Of a stretch of 46,552 nucleotides of DNA, positions 38,032 through 46,204 are shown in pieces (position 1 is the stretch's first letter; each line of letters begins with the position of its first letter). Position numbers and translations under genes: made by a program. The notes below the pieces were generated by a model. That model saw only the letters and a program-made list of their open reading frames with translations. It did not search any database and was not told where the DNA came from. Source of the DNA: Gammaproteobacteria bacterium (GTDB lineage Bacteria > Pseudomonadota > Gammaproteobacteria > SZUA-229); NCBI GenBank assembly GCA_029880105.1, contig JAOUPA010000001.1:1-46552 (forward strand). The letters run 5' to 3'.

Positions 38032-40116
38032 ATGACTGATTTAGCCAAATATAGAAACATAGGTATCTTCGCTCACGTGGATGCCGGTAAGACAACCACC
38101 ACGGAACGCATTCTCAAGCTGACCGGTAAAATCCATAAGACCGGTGAGGTGCACGATGGTGAATCCACCATGGACTTCATGGAACAGGAAGCTGAGCGCG
38201 GCATTACCATTCAGTCTGCAGCTACTACAGCGTTCTGGAAAGACCACCGTTTTAACATCATCGACACACCCGGGCACGTTGATTTTACTATCGAAGTATA
38301 TCGTTCGCTGAAAGTGCTGGATGGTGGTATCGGTGTCTTCTGTGGCTCAGGTGGTGTAGAACCCCAGTCTGAAACCAACTGGCGTTATGCGAATGACTCC
38401 AAGGTAGCACGTGTTATTTTCGTTAATAAACTGGATCGTATGGGTGCAGATTTTTACCGTGTTGTCGACCAGGTTAAAAATGTGCTGGATGCGGTGCCGC
38501 TGGTCATGGTGCTGCCTATTGGCATTGAAGAGCAATTCAAGGGCTGTGTAGATCTACTGACACGCCAGGCCTGGATCTGGGATAACGAAAAAGATCCAAC
38601 TAGCTATCGCATTGAAGAGCCACCTGCGGATATGGCCGACAAGATTGAAGAATACCGTGAGCAGCTCATCGAAACCGCGCTGGAACAGGACGATGACCTG
38701 ATGGAAAAATACCTTGAAGGTGAAGAGCCTTCTGTCGATGAGATTAAGGCCTGTATCCGTAAAGGTACGATTAAACTTGACTTCTTCCCCACCTACTGTG
38801 GTTCAGCCTTCAAGGACAAGGGTGTGCAGATGATTCTGGATGCGGCAGTGGATTACCTGCCAAATCCAACCGAAGTTATCCTGCAGCCTGAAGTGGATAT
38901 GGAGGGTAATGAGACCGGTAAATTTGCTGAAATCGACCCGGACAAACCTTTGCGCGCTCTCGCGTTTAAAATCATGGACGACCGTTTTGGTGCCCTGACC
39001 TTCGTTCGAATTTATTCGGGAAGAATTAATAAGGGTGATACAGTGTTGAATACGTTTACCGGTAAAACCGAGCGTATTGGTCGCATGGTGGAAATGCACG
39101 CTGATGAGCGCAATGAGCTGGATAACGCTCAGGCAGGTGATATCGTGGCCATTGTGGGTATGAAGAACGTGCAGACCGGTCACACATTATGTGATCCTAA
39201 GTCACCGGCTACGCTTGAGCCTATGGTTTTCCCTGACCCCGTTATTTCGATAGCAGTTGCACCTAAAGATAAGGCAGCGGCTGAGAAATTGAGTATCGCA
39301 TTGGGCAAGATGACCAAAGAAGATCCATCTTTCCGTCTTGAAACCGACGAAGACAGTGGTGAAACCATCCTTAAAGGTATGGGTGAACTGCACCTCGACA
39401 TCAAGATCGACATCCTGCGTCGTACCCACGGTATTGACGTGGTGGTTGGTAAGCCGCAGGTGGCCTACCGTGAAACCATCACACAGCGTGTTGAAGACAG
39501 CTATACGCACAAGAAACAGACCGGTGGTTCAGGTCAGTTCGCGAAGATTGACTACGTGGTTGAGCCAGGAGAGCCAGGCAGTGGCTTCCAGTTTGAGTCA
39601 ACCGTAACCGGTGGTAACGTGCCTCGTGAATTCTGGCCAGCTGTACAGAAAGGCTTCGAGAAGAGCATGCATAAAGGTGTCCTGGCCGGCTACCCCTGCC
39701 TCGACTTCAAGGTAACGCTTACCGATGGTAGCTACCACGCAGTTGACTCATCGGCTGTTGCCTACGAACTGGCAGGTGCGGCGGGTTACCGTCAGTCTAT
39801 GCCCAAGGCCGGTGCACAGATGATGGAGCCGATCATGAAAGTAGATGTGATCACCCCTGAAGACCACGTGGGTGATGTTATCGGCGATCTTAACCGTCGT
39901 CGTGGCATGATCAAGTCACAGGACCCAGGTGCGACCAGTGTTCGTATTAAGGCAGAAGTGCCACTGAGCGAAATGTTTGGTTACATTGGTGACCTTCGTA
40001 CCATGACTTCAGGTCGTGGCCAGTTCTCGATGGAGTTCCTGCACTATATGCCATGTCCCAAGAACGTCTCTGATGCAGTTATCAAAGAAGCTCAGGATCG
40101 CGCGGCACAGAAATAA
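38032..40116 (+). CDS. fusA: elongation factor G paralogue (EF-G 2 type)
   Basis: 694 aa. [35 protein letters not shown]. Stand-alone gene, not flanked by rpsL/rpsG/tufA. Confidence 0.9.
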   Translation: MTDLAKYRNIGIFAHVDAGKTTTTERILKLTGKIHKTGEVHDGESTMDFMEQEAERGITIQSAATTAFWKDHRFNIIDTPGHVDFTIEVYRSLKVLDGGIGVFCGSGGVEPQSETNWRYANDSKVARVIFVNKLDRMGADFYRVVDQVKNVLDAVPLVMVLPIGIEEQFKGCVDLLTRQAWIWDNEKDPTSYRIEEPPADMADKIEEYREQLIETALEQDDDLMEKYLEGEEPSVDEIKACIRKGTIKLDFFPTYCGSAFKDKGVQMILDAAVDYLPNPTEVILQPEVDMEGNETGKFAEIDPDKPLRALAFKIMDDRFGALTFVRIYSGRINKGDTVLNTFTGKTERIGRMVEMHADERNELDNAQAGDIVAIVGMKNVQTGHTLCDPKSPATLEPMVFPDPVISIAVAPKDKAAAEKLSIALGKMTKEDPSFRLETDEDSGETILKGMGELHLDIKIDILRRTHGIDVVVGKPQVAYRETITQRVEDSYTHKKQTGGSGQFAKIDYVVEPGEPGSGFQFESTVTGGNVPREFWPAVQKGFEKSMHKGVLAGYPCLDFKVTLTDGSYHAVDSSAVAYELAGAAGYRQSMPKAGAQMMEPIMKVDVITPEDHVGDVIGDLNRRRGMIKSQDPGATSVRIKAEVPLSEMFGYIGDLRTMTSGRGQFSMEFLHYMPCPKNVSDAVIKEAQDRAAQK

Positions 40117-40153
40117 GTACTACGCTGCACTGCACAGCGGCTTATTAAAAAAA

Positions 40154-40177
40154 GGTCGGCTATGCCGGCCTTTTTTT
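40154..40177. terminator. bidirectional intrinsic terminator between the EF-G paralogue and msrA
   Basis: Stem GGTCGGC / GCCGGCC with loop TAT, flanked by A7 upstream (40147-40153) and T7 downstream (40171-40177). Confidence 0.8.
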
Positions 40178-40214
40178 GGCTAATTATCAGTTTCCGGGCT
40201 AGATATTTATGTAT

Positions 40215-40847
40215 TTAGTAGTGAATGCCGATACCGCCCAGGCCGCAATAACCATTGGGGTTTTTTGCCAGGTACTGCTGGTGGTAGTCTTCGGCGTAAT
40301 AAAATTCAGGCGCGTCTTTGATTTCGGTTGTAATCTTTCCATGGCCAGCAGCAGTCAGCATTTTCTGAAAATGATTCAGGCTGGCCTCGGCCTGTGCCTG
40401 TTGCGCTACTGAATATGTGTAAATGCCAGAGCGGTACTGCGTGCCGACATCATTGCCCTGACGCATGCCCTGTGTCGGGTCATGTGACTGCCAGAATGTC
40501 TCGAGCAGGGTTTGATAACTAATGACTTCAGGGTCAAAGACAACTAACACCGCTTCATTGTGCCCGGTCATGCCGGTGCAGACTTCATGATATGTTGGGT
40601 TAGGTGTGTAGCCGGCAGCATAACCAACGGCTGTTGAGTAAACACCATCAAGCTGCCAGAAAATTTTCTCAGCACCCCAGAAGCAACCCAGGCCAAATAG
40701 GGCTGTTTGCATAGTTTCAGGAAAGGGTGGTTGCAACGTATGCGCATTGACGAAGTGCCTGTCAGGCACATGCATTTTTTGTTCGCGCCCAGGGAGCGCA
40801 TCGGCCTCATCGGGCATCGTGGCTTTTGTGTGCAAAAGAATAGACAT
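40215..40847 (-). CDS. msrA: peptide-methionine (S)-S-oxide reductase
   Basis: 210 aa. ...ADALPGRE... then [14 protein letters not shown] active site. No signal peptide. Confidence 0.93.
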   Translation of the reverse strand: MSILLHTKATMPDEADALPGREQKMHVPDRHFVNAHTLQPPFPETMQTALFGLGCFWGAEKIFWQLDGVYSTAVGYAAGYTPNPTYHEVCTGMTGHNEAVLVVFDPEVISYQTLLETFWQSHDPTQGMRQGNDVGTQYRSGIYTYSVAQQAQAEASLNHFQKMLTAAGHGKITTEIKDAPEFYYAEDYHQQYLAKNPNGYCGLGGIGIHY

Positions 40848-40853
40848 GAAAGT

Positions 40854-42188
40854 TCAGGTGTCCGCTTCGTTGTTGGTAATCAGGTCGCGCAGCGTTACAG
40901 AGGCAGTTGCATCAGTATTTATTCTATTTAACTTGTCGGCTGTTTTATCCACAATGTTGACCGAGTTAATCGAGTCAAGATTCAGGCGACTGGACTCATC
41001 CTGCGTCCTGATTGCTTCGAGTATGCGATTGATAGAAATATTTTCCAGTGAGAGCGCGGGTAAGTAGGTGATGTCTCTATCCTGATGGCGAGTGATTATC
41101 CTGTCGGATTCGAGAGTGTGCAGAATGCTGGACAGGCACTCATTGGGAATATTTAGTACATCGGAAAGATCGCTGGCGGACCAAGGCTCGAGATTTTCGT
41201 GAAAATTTTTACCGATGTGGTACATGGTAAGCAGGGCGATTTTTTCTTTCATGCGGGCGCTCAAAATCAAATTATTTTGTGCGGTGAGCATTTTGTCAGG
41301 GTGCTGGTGATAGTAGGTGATAGCAGCGCCAATGAGCAAAATTAGCCAGCTTAAATATAGCCAGACCATAAAAATAATCAGTATGGCAAAGCTGGAGTAA
41401 ACCGCGGCATAGTTGCCTGAACTGGCAATAAATGAAGCAAACAACCAGCCAGTGGTTTGCCATAAAACTCCAGCGATGGTTGCACCTAGAAGCGCAGAAC
41501 GGAATTTTACCCTGGTGTTAGGTACTAATAAATACACGGCAGTGAACGCAATAATAACCAGTAGATATGGCAATAGATTGCCTGTGGTTTCAAAAATAAA
41601 AGCAAACAATTTCACAGATGAGAGCTTGCTAATAATAGATGAACTGGTTATGGCCGCAGTAAATGCCAGCGCCGTGAAAATAAGAATCGGGCCAATCATA
41701 ATAACACTCAGATAATCACTAATGCGCTGGGTAATGCTGCGATATTCTGTAATATGCCATGTATGATTGAAGGCGCGTTCAATTTTATGGATAAGTGAAA
41801 TGACTGTATAAAACAGAAAGACAATGCCCATGGCGCCAAGCAGGCCTACATCAATCTGGTCGACAAATGCAATAATCTGTTTGGTTATGGTCTCACCTTG
41901 ATCACCCAGAGGGGCTAGCGCCTGTAGCAGTACTGGTTCCATCTGGTTGTGCATGCCAAAGCCCTTTAATATAAAAAAGCAGACAGCAAGTACTGGAATA
42001 ATAGAAAGTAGCGTGGTGTAAACCAGGCTCATGGCACGGAGTGTAAGCAAGCCTTCGGAGAGATCCTTGATGACGGCCTGAAAAATACGTAGTAACCTGA
42101 TATTAAATGACTGCCATTTTGGCAGCTGGCCTAATTCAGTTTCCCATAAGAGGTGCTGAATTTTTTGTTGGAGTGAAGTGAAAGGCAA
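40854..42188 (-). CDS. YihY/BrkB-family inner-membrane protein with a C-terminal soluble extension
   Basis: 444 aa. Six TM segments typical of the YihY family (...LRAMSLVYTTLLSIIPVLAV...). About 150 extra C-terminal residues. TTG start, with an AAGGA RBS overlapping the upstream stop. Confidence 0.8.
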   Translation of the reverse strand: MPFTSLQQKIQHLLWETELGQLPKWQSFNIRLLRIFQAVIKDLSEGLLTLRAMSLVYTTLLSIIPVLAVCFFILKGFGMHNQMEPVLLQALAPLGDQGETITKQIIAFVDQIDVGLLGAMGIVFLFYTVISLIHKIERAFNHTWHITEYRSITQRISDYLSVIMIGPILIFTALAFTAAITSSSIISKLSSVKLFAFIFETTGNLLPYLLVIIAFTAVYLLVPNTRVKFRSALLGATIAGVLWQTTGWLFASFIASSGNYAAVYSSFAILIIFMVWLYLSWLILLIGAAITYYHQHPDKMLTAQNNLILSARMKEKIALLTMYHIGKNFHENLEPWSASDLSDVLNIPNECLSSILHTLESDRIITRHQDRDITYLPALSLENISINRILEAIRTQDESSRLNLDSINSVNIVDKTADKLNRINTDATASVTLRDLITNNEADT

Positions 42189-42199
42189 GGCTGCAATCC

Positions 42200-43216
42200 T
42201 TATTTAATAGCACGTTGCTTTAGCAGCCATGACTGAAGATTTTTGTCTTCAAGGTAGCCCTGCTGATTAATATATTTAAGTACACCAAGCAGCCGGTAGA
42301 ATTTTACAACTGAATCAATCCGGATAATTTCCTTACCATCAGGGTCAAAAAAGATCAGTGTTGGCGCATAAAAAACACCTAGTTGATCTGCCCATTTCTT
42401 TGCCGTAGTCACTGTTCCATCCGGCGTTGTTACTGGCGTATCAGACCACATATTGAGTTGAACGTTATTAAGGTTGTTGAGTTCATTTAGTACCTTAGGT
42501 TCATTCATTGGTGAGCTGTGTAATAAATCGCAGGCATGGCAAGTAGACTGCTCAAAAGAAACCATCAAAGCACGTTTGGTGTTTTTTAAGATGGCAGGAA
42601 GGTCGTAAGGAGGAGATAGAAAGAACTCACGCTCATTGAGCCCTTCCTCGTAAAAGAACATACCGGGCTCGGCGCGGGCAAGATAATCCCGGAAGCTCTC
42701 CTTTTTATAAAATTCTTCGGTGACATATTTCAGCGCTGCGCGAAATTTATAAGGAGGGTAATAGCCCCTGAGTCTGAATACGGGCTTGCCTTTGCGGTTA
42801 TAGAAAATCAGCGATGGCGTGAAGTTGGTATTGAAATGAATAGAAAACTCACGTTCTGTGTAAATTTCACCGTCTATATCAGTGATATCCTGTGCGCTCC
42901 AGATGTCGACATGAATTATGTCATAATGCCTTCTGAGAAATTTTTCGATGTCACTGGCCTGTATATTATTTTTAATGAACTGTTCGCAGTAGGCGCAGTG
43001 GTTCTGGCCAAAATAAATAATCAGGCCATCTTTGCCATTGTTCAGGGCATCATGGAGGTCGTCGCTTAAATCACCTGATGATTTTTTAAACCATGAAGGA
43101 TGCACAAGCGCTTCAGGTAGTGGCAAATCGTTAAAGTCGCCTTCATCATTGATGGTGTCGCTCTGGGCAAAAGCGAGCGAGCTGGTGAATAGCAGAATGA
43201 AAAAGATTGATTTCAT
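42200..43216 (-). CDS. periplasmic tandem thioredoxin-fold protein (two CxxC motifs)
   Basis: 338 aa. Signal peptide ...SLAFA/QSD. Two halves each look like a SoxW/COG2143-type thioredoxin fold (GQNHCAYCEQF and EQSTCHACDLL, each followed by ...PTLIFF/PSLIFY...). Confidence 0.7.
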   Translation of the reverse strand: MKSIFFILLFTSSLAFAQSDTINDEGDFNDLPLPEALVHPSWFKKSSGDLSDDLHDALNNGKDGLIIYFGQNHCAYCEQFIKNNIQASDIEKFLRRHYDIIHVDIWSAQDITDIDGEIYTEREFSIHFNTNFTPSLIFYNRKGKPVFRLRGYYPPYKFRAALKYVTEEFYKKESFRDYLARAEPGMFFYEEGLNEREFFLSPPYDLPAILKNTKRALMVSFEQSTCHACDLLHSSPMNEPKVLNELNNLNNVQLNMWSDTPVTTPDGTVTTAKKWADQLGVFYAPTLIFFDPDGKEIIRIDSVVKFYRLLGVLKYINQQGYLEDKNLQSWLLKQRAIK

Positions 43217-43311
43217 AATAAGGATAATAGATGCCCACTGTAATAAATGCTAAATTGCATGATTATATTGTCCTGTAATCAAGCCATTTATACAAAAGTT
43301 TTGCGCCCGAA

Positions 43312-43968
43312 ATGAATAAAATACACACGCCAGAAGCCATGTTGTTGATTAGTGTCAAGTGTCCGCACTGTGCCAGCGTGACGAAGTCACTGTGTGAAAT
43401 GGTTAAACAGGGCGAGCTGGCCTCGCTGAAAATAATTAACCTGGAGAAACAGCCAGAAGTTGCCGATGAACTGGGTGTCAGAAGTGTGCCCTGGATCAGG
43501 ATTGGGTGGTTCGAAATGGAGGGTCTGCATAGCCAGAAAGAATTGCAGCAAAGGGCACAGCAGGCTTCAAGTGATGAAGGCGCGCTGGCCTATATTTCAG
43601 ACGAGTTGACTGAAGGGCGAGTCAACAAGGTGTTGTCACTGCTGGAATCACAACACGAGTTTATGCCATACGTGTTGTCCCTGATGGAGGATGCCGATGC
43701 CAAAATTAATATACGACTTGGTATTGGCGTAGTGCTTGAAGAGTTTGCAGCAAGTGGCTGGTTCGAGCCTTATATCCCGCAACTGGTTGAATATACACGT
43801 CATAAAGATGAAAGAGTGCGTGCTGATGCCTGTCACTATTTATCGCTCACTGTAAATAATCAGGCTATAACATCAATTAAGGGCCTGCTGAATGATGTCA
43901 GCGAAGAGGTGCGTGAAGTCGCAAAAGAAAGCCTGGATGAGCTACGTGGTGCAGGCCTGGAAGTTTAG
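43312..43968 (+). CDS. thioredoxin-like (CPHC) domain fused to HEAT-like repeats
   Basis: 218 aa. N-terminus MLLISVKCPHCASV...VRSVPWIRIG is a small thioredoxin/glutaredoxin-like fold. The C-terminal helical repeats include ...HKDERVRADACHYL... and ...DVSEEVREVAKESL... (HEAT/PBS-lyase-like). Confidence 0.6.
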   Translation: MNKIHTPEAMLLISVKCPHCASVTKSLCEMVKQGELASLKIINLEKQPEVADELGVRSVPWIRIGWFEMEGLHSQKELQQRAQQASSDEGALAYISDELTEGRVNKVLSLLESQHEFMPYVLSLMEDADAKINIRLGIGVVLEEFAASGWFEPYIPQLVEYTRHKDERVRADACHYLSLTVNNQAITSIKGLLNDVSEEVREVAKESLDELRGAGLEV

Positions 43969-43973
43969 TGATA

Positions 43974-44219
43974 CTAATCCTGTAGCCACTCCAGTAGATA
44001 ATAAATATATTGCCCTTCAGAGGATTTCGAAGGTCCACTAACACGTGCCGCATAACGTTTGTTGTCAGGGTCAGCGGCTTCAAGTGCTGCGCCTGCGGAT
44101 TTCATAATCTCGACACAGCCAGCGGCAAACCGGTTGCGGCTGCGGCGTGGCACATAGACCACGGCAAATTCCATATTGGAAACATTGGTCTCTGGATCGG
44201 GTGGAACAATGCCGCGCAT
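43974..44219 (-). CDS. hypothetical small protein translationally coupled to yqhA
   Basis: 81-aa ORF whose ATG lies 1 nt after the yqhA TAA. No family recognised. An internal ATG (MEFAVVYVP...) is also possible. Confidence 0.45.
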   Translation of the reverse strand: MRGIVPPDPETNVSNMEFAVVYVPRRSRNRFAAGCVEIMKSAGAALEAADPDNKRYAARVSGPSKSSEGQYIYYLLEWLQD

Positions 44220-44220
44220 C

Positions 44221-44712
44221 TTAGTGCTGGTTCATCCGGTCAACAAAGGCCATGCCCAGCGCCGATAGCACAAAAGTCATGTGAATAATCACATACCACA
44301 TTAGCTTGTCATTATCGATCTGACTGGCATTCATAAATGCCTTGAGCAGGTGAATCGAAGAAATTGCCACAATCGAGGCTGCTACCTTCTGTTTCAGTGA
44401 GCCTGAATCCAGCTTGCCTAACCAGGATAATTTTTCTTTTCCCTCTTCAATATCGATAGAGGAAACAAAGTTCTCATAACCACTCAGCATCACCATTACC
44501 AGCAGGCCACCGACCAGAGCAATATCCACCAAGCTGAGAATTAATAGTACAACTTCAGTCTCCTTCATGCTGATTAGCATCGGCAGGACATGAAAAATCT
44601 CCTGGAAGAATTTAATGCCCAGAATGATCAGGCCCAAACTGAGCCCGAGGTAAATAGGTGCGAGCAACCAGCGGCTGGCATAAAGAAGTGATTCAGCGGT
44701 GCGTTCGATCAT
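44221..44712 (-). CDS. yqhA: UPF0114 family membrane protein YqhA
   Basis: [28 protein letters not shown]... is the UPF0114/TIGR00645 N-terminus. 163 aa. Confidence 0.85.
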   Translation of the reverse strand: MIERTAESLLYASRWLLAPIYLGLSLGLIILGIKFFQEIFHVLPMLISMKETEVVLLILSLVDIALVGGLLVMVMLSGYENFVSSIDIEEGKEKLSWLGKLDSGSLKQKVAASIVAISSIHLLKAFMNASQIDNDKLMWYVIIHMTFVLSALGMAFVDRMNQH

Positions 44713-44775
44713 GAGGGCGCCTTAAATATATTAGTAATAGTTAGAATTAGTGGCGATATTGTATAGATTTGGTTT

Positions 44776-44892
44776 GATCTATATCAAGCACTAATGCGCG
44801 TGCTATTGTAGGGTAATCCATGTGGGATAGGTGTCTGACATTATTAATCCCATTCCTGGTCGTAATTTGGGGTCGCAAGACCCCGTTTTTTT
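44776..44892 (+). ncRNA. candidate small RNA or cis-acting leader ending at an orphan intrinsic terminator
   Basis: No plus-strand CDS lies upstream. There are two hairpins, TGGGAT(44823-44828)/ATCCCA(44847-44852) and the terminator. The 5' end is only guessed, from weak TTAGAA-17-TAGATT boxes at 44741-44769. Confidence 0.35.
44869..44892 (+). terminator. intrinsic terminator (GNRA-capped hairpin plus T7)
   Basis: GGGGTC-GCAA-GACCCC followed by G and TTTTTTT. On the opposite strand no U-tract follows the hairpin. Confidence 0.75.
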
Positions 44893-44983
44893 GCTGTCAG
44901 CCCTGTACATGAAGGCTCAGCTGTCGATTATAAGTCAATTCTGATATAGTAGACGACCCTAAAATAAAATTCTGGTAAATATC

Positions 44984-45466
44984 ATGCAAATCGAAAACGA
45001 GAAAGTTGCAACCCTTCATTACACACTCAAGGACAACGAAGGCAATATTATCGATCAATCAGATGACGGCAGCTTTGTGTATTTGCATGGCGCATTCAAT
45101 ATTATCCCCGGTCTTGAGACCGCGCTCACAGGTAAAAAAGCAGGTGATGAGCTTTCAGTAAAAGTTACTCCAGAAGACGCTTATGGTGTCCGCTCTGAAG
45201 AACATGTACAGGAAGTACCAAAAGAAATGTTTGAAGAAGGCGCCGATATTCAGGTGGGTATGCAGTTTCACGCACAGGGCCCCAATGGGGAAATGCTGGT
45301 AGTTACCGTTGCGGAAGTGAAAGAAGGTATTGTTGTTATCGATGGTAACCATCCACTGGCAGGTGTAGAACTAAATTTTGATGTGAAGGTTATTGACGTC
45401 AGAGATGCAACCGCAGAAGAACTGGAACATGGGCACGTGCATAGTCCAGGTGGATGCGGCCACTAG
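44984..45466 (+). CDS. slyD: FKBP-type peptidyl-prolyl isomerase SlyD (short metal-binding tail)
   Basis: MQIENEKVATLHYTLKDNEGNIIDQS...VIDGNHPLAGVELNFDVKVIDVRDATAEELEHGHVH. The tail is only SPGGCGH. Confidence 0.92.
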   Translation: MQIENEKVATLHYTLKDNEGNIIDQSDDGSFVYLHGAFNIIPGLETALTGKKAGDELSVKVTPEDAYGVRSEEHVQEVPKEMFEEGADIQVGMQFHAQGPNGEMLVVTVAEVKEGIVVIDGNHPLAGVELNFDVKVIDVRDATAEELEHGHVHSPGGCGH

Positions 45467-45484
45467 AAAAGACTGAAAAGAAAT

Positions 45485-45847
45485 ATGCTGGAAGATAGTG
45501 AGCTAGAGACTCTTTATTACGTCGATGACTCGGGTATACATGGCAAGGGCCTGTATGCCCGGGTGCCAATAAGAAAAGGCGAGTACATGGGCACCTACAA
45601 CGGCCCGGAAGGTTATGAAGAGGGCGACGAAGTTCTGGAAAATGGTAGCCATGTGTTGTGGGCCGAACAGGATAACGGTGAATGGGTAGGCCGTGATGGC
45701 CAGAATATACTTCGCTATCTTAATCATTCACCAGTGCCACATGCCGAATTCGAAGGTTTTGATCTATACGCAGTTAGAAACATTGAGCAGGGAGAAGAGC
45801 TCACCATCGATTATGGCGAAGAGCCTGATCCTGACTTTTGCGATTAG
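45485..45847 (+). CDS. minimal SET-domain protein (putative lysine methyltransferase)
   Basis: 120 aa. GIHGKGLYARVPIRKGEYMG, YLNHSPVPHAEF (NHS motif) and GEELTIDYG (ELxxDY motif). Starts 18 nt after the slyD stop. Confidence 0.75.
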   Translation: MLEDSELETLYYVDDSGIHGKGLYARVPIRKGEYMGTYNGPEGYEEGDEVLENGSHVLWAEQDNGEWVGRDGQNILRYLNHSPVPHAEFEGFDLYAVRNIEQGEELTIDYGEEPDPDFCD

Positions 45848-46204
45848 CAATTTTGTCTAGATTTGAAAAGTCGCGAGGAAAGGGAAACTGTTTTTTTCCG
45901 TGTAATTATCGAGTGACCAGTAAACAGTATTTAATATCTTCATCTCCGCTAAAGTATTTGAAGACTAACGAACCCTTATAGTATCTCACTAAATTGCCAT
46001 AACTATGGTTAATAACACGTTTGCCAGGTCATATCTTATATTCATCAATGAGTATCCATGAGTTGGTAAAAAAGACGGTGCATTGTTGTCAAACGAGAGG
46101 AATTGTCAGACTTATTAGAGAGTGCCTTTACTGTTGTCTTCAGTATGGTTGTCAGGTGGTTCTGATAAATTTGCAGTTTCTGACTGTAAATCCATTAAAT
46201 CAAA

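Noticed and set aside
44820-44912. 30-codon ORF MWDRCLTLLIPFLVVIWGRKTPFFCCQPCT, with an AGGG 6 nt upstream. It looks like a type I toxin or a small membrane peptide.
   Set aside because: The ORF runs through a strong intrinsic terminator (44869-44892), so a terminated transcript would lack its stop codon. I kept it only as an alternative (leader peptide) inside the sRNA/attenuator finding, not as a gene call.
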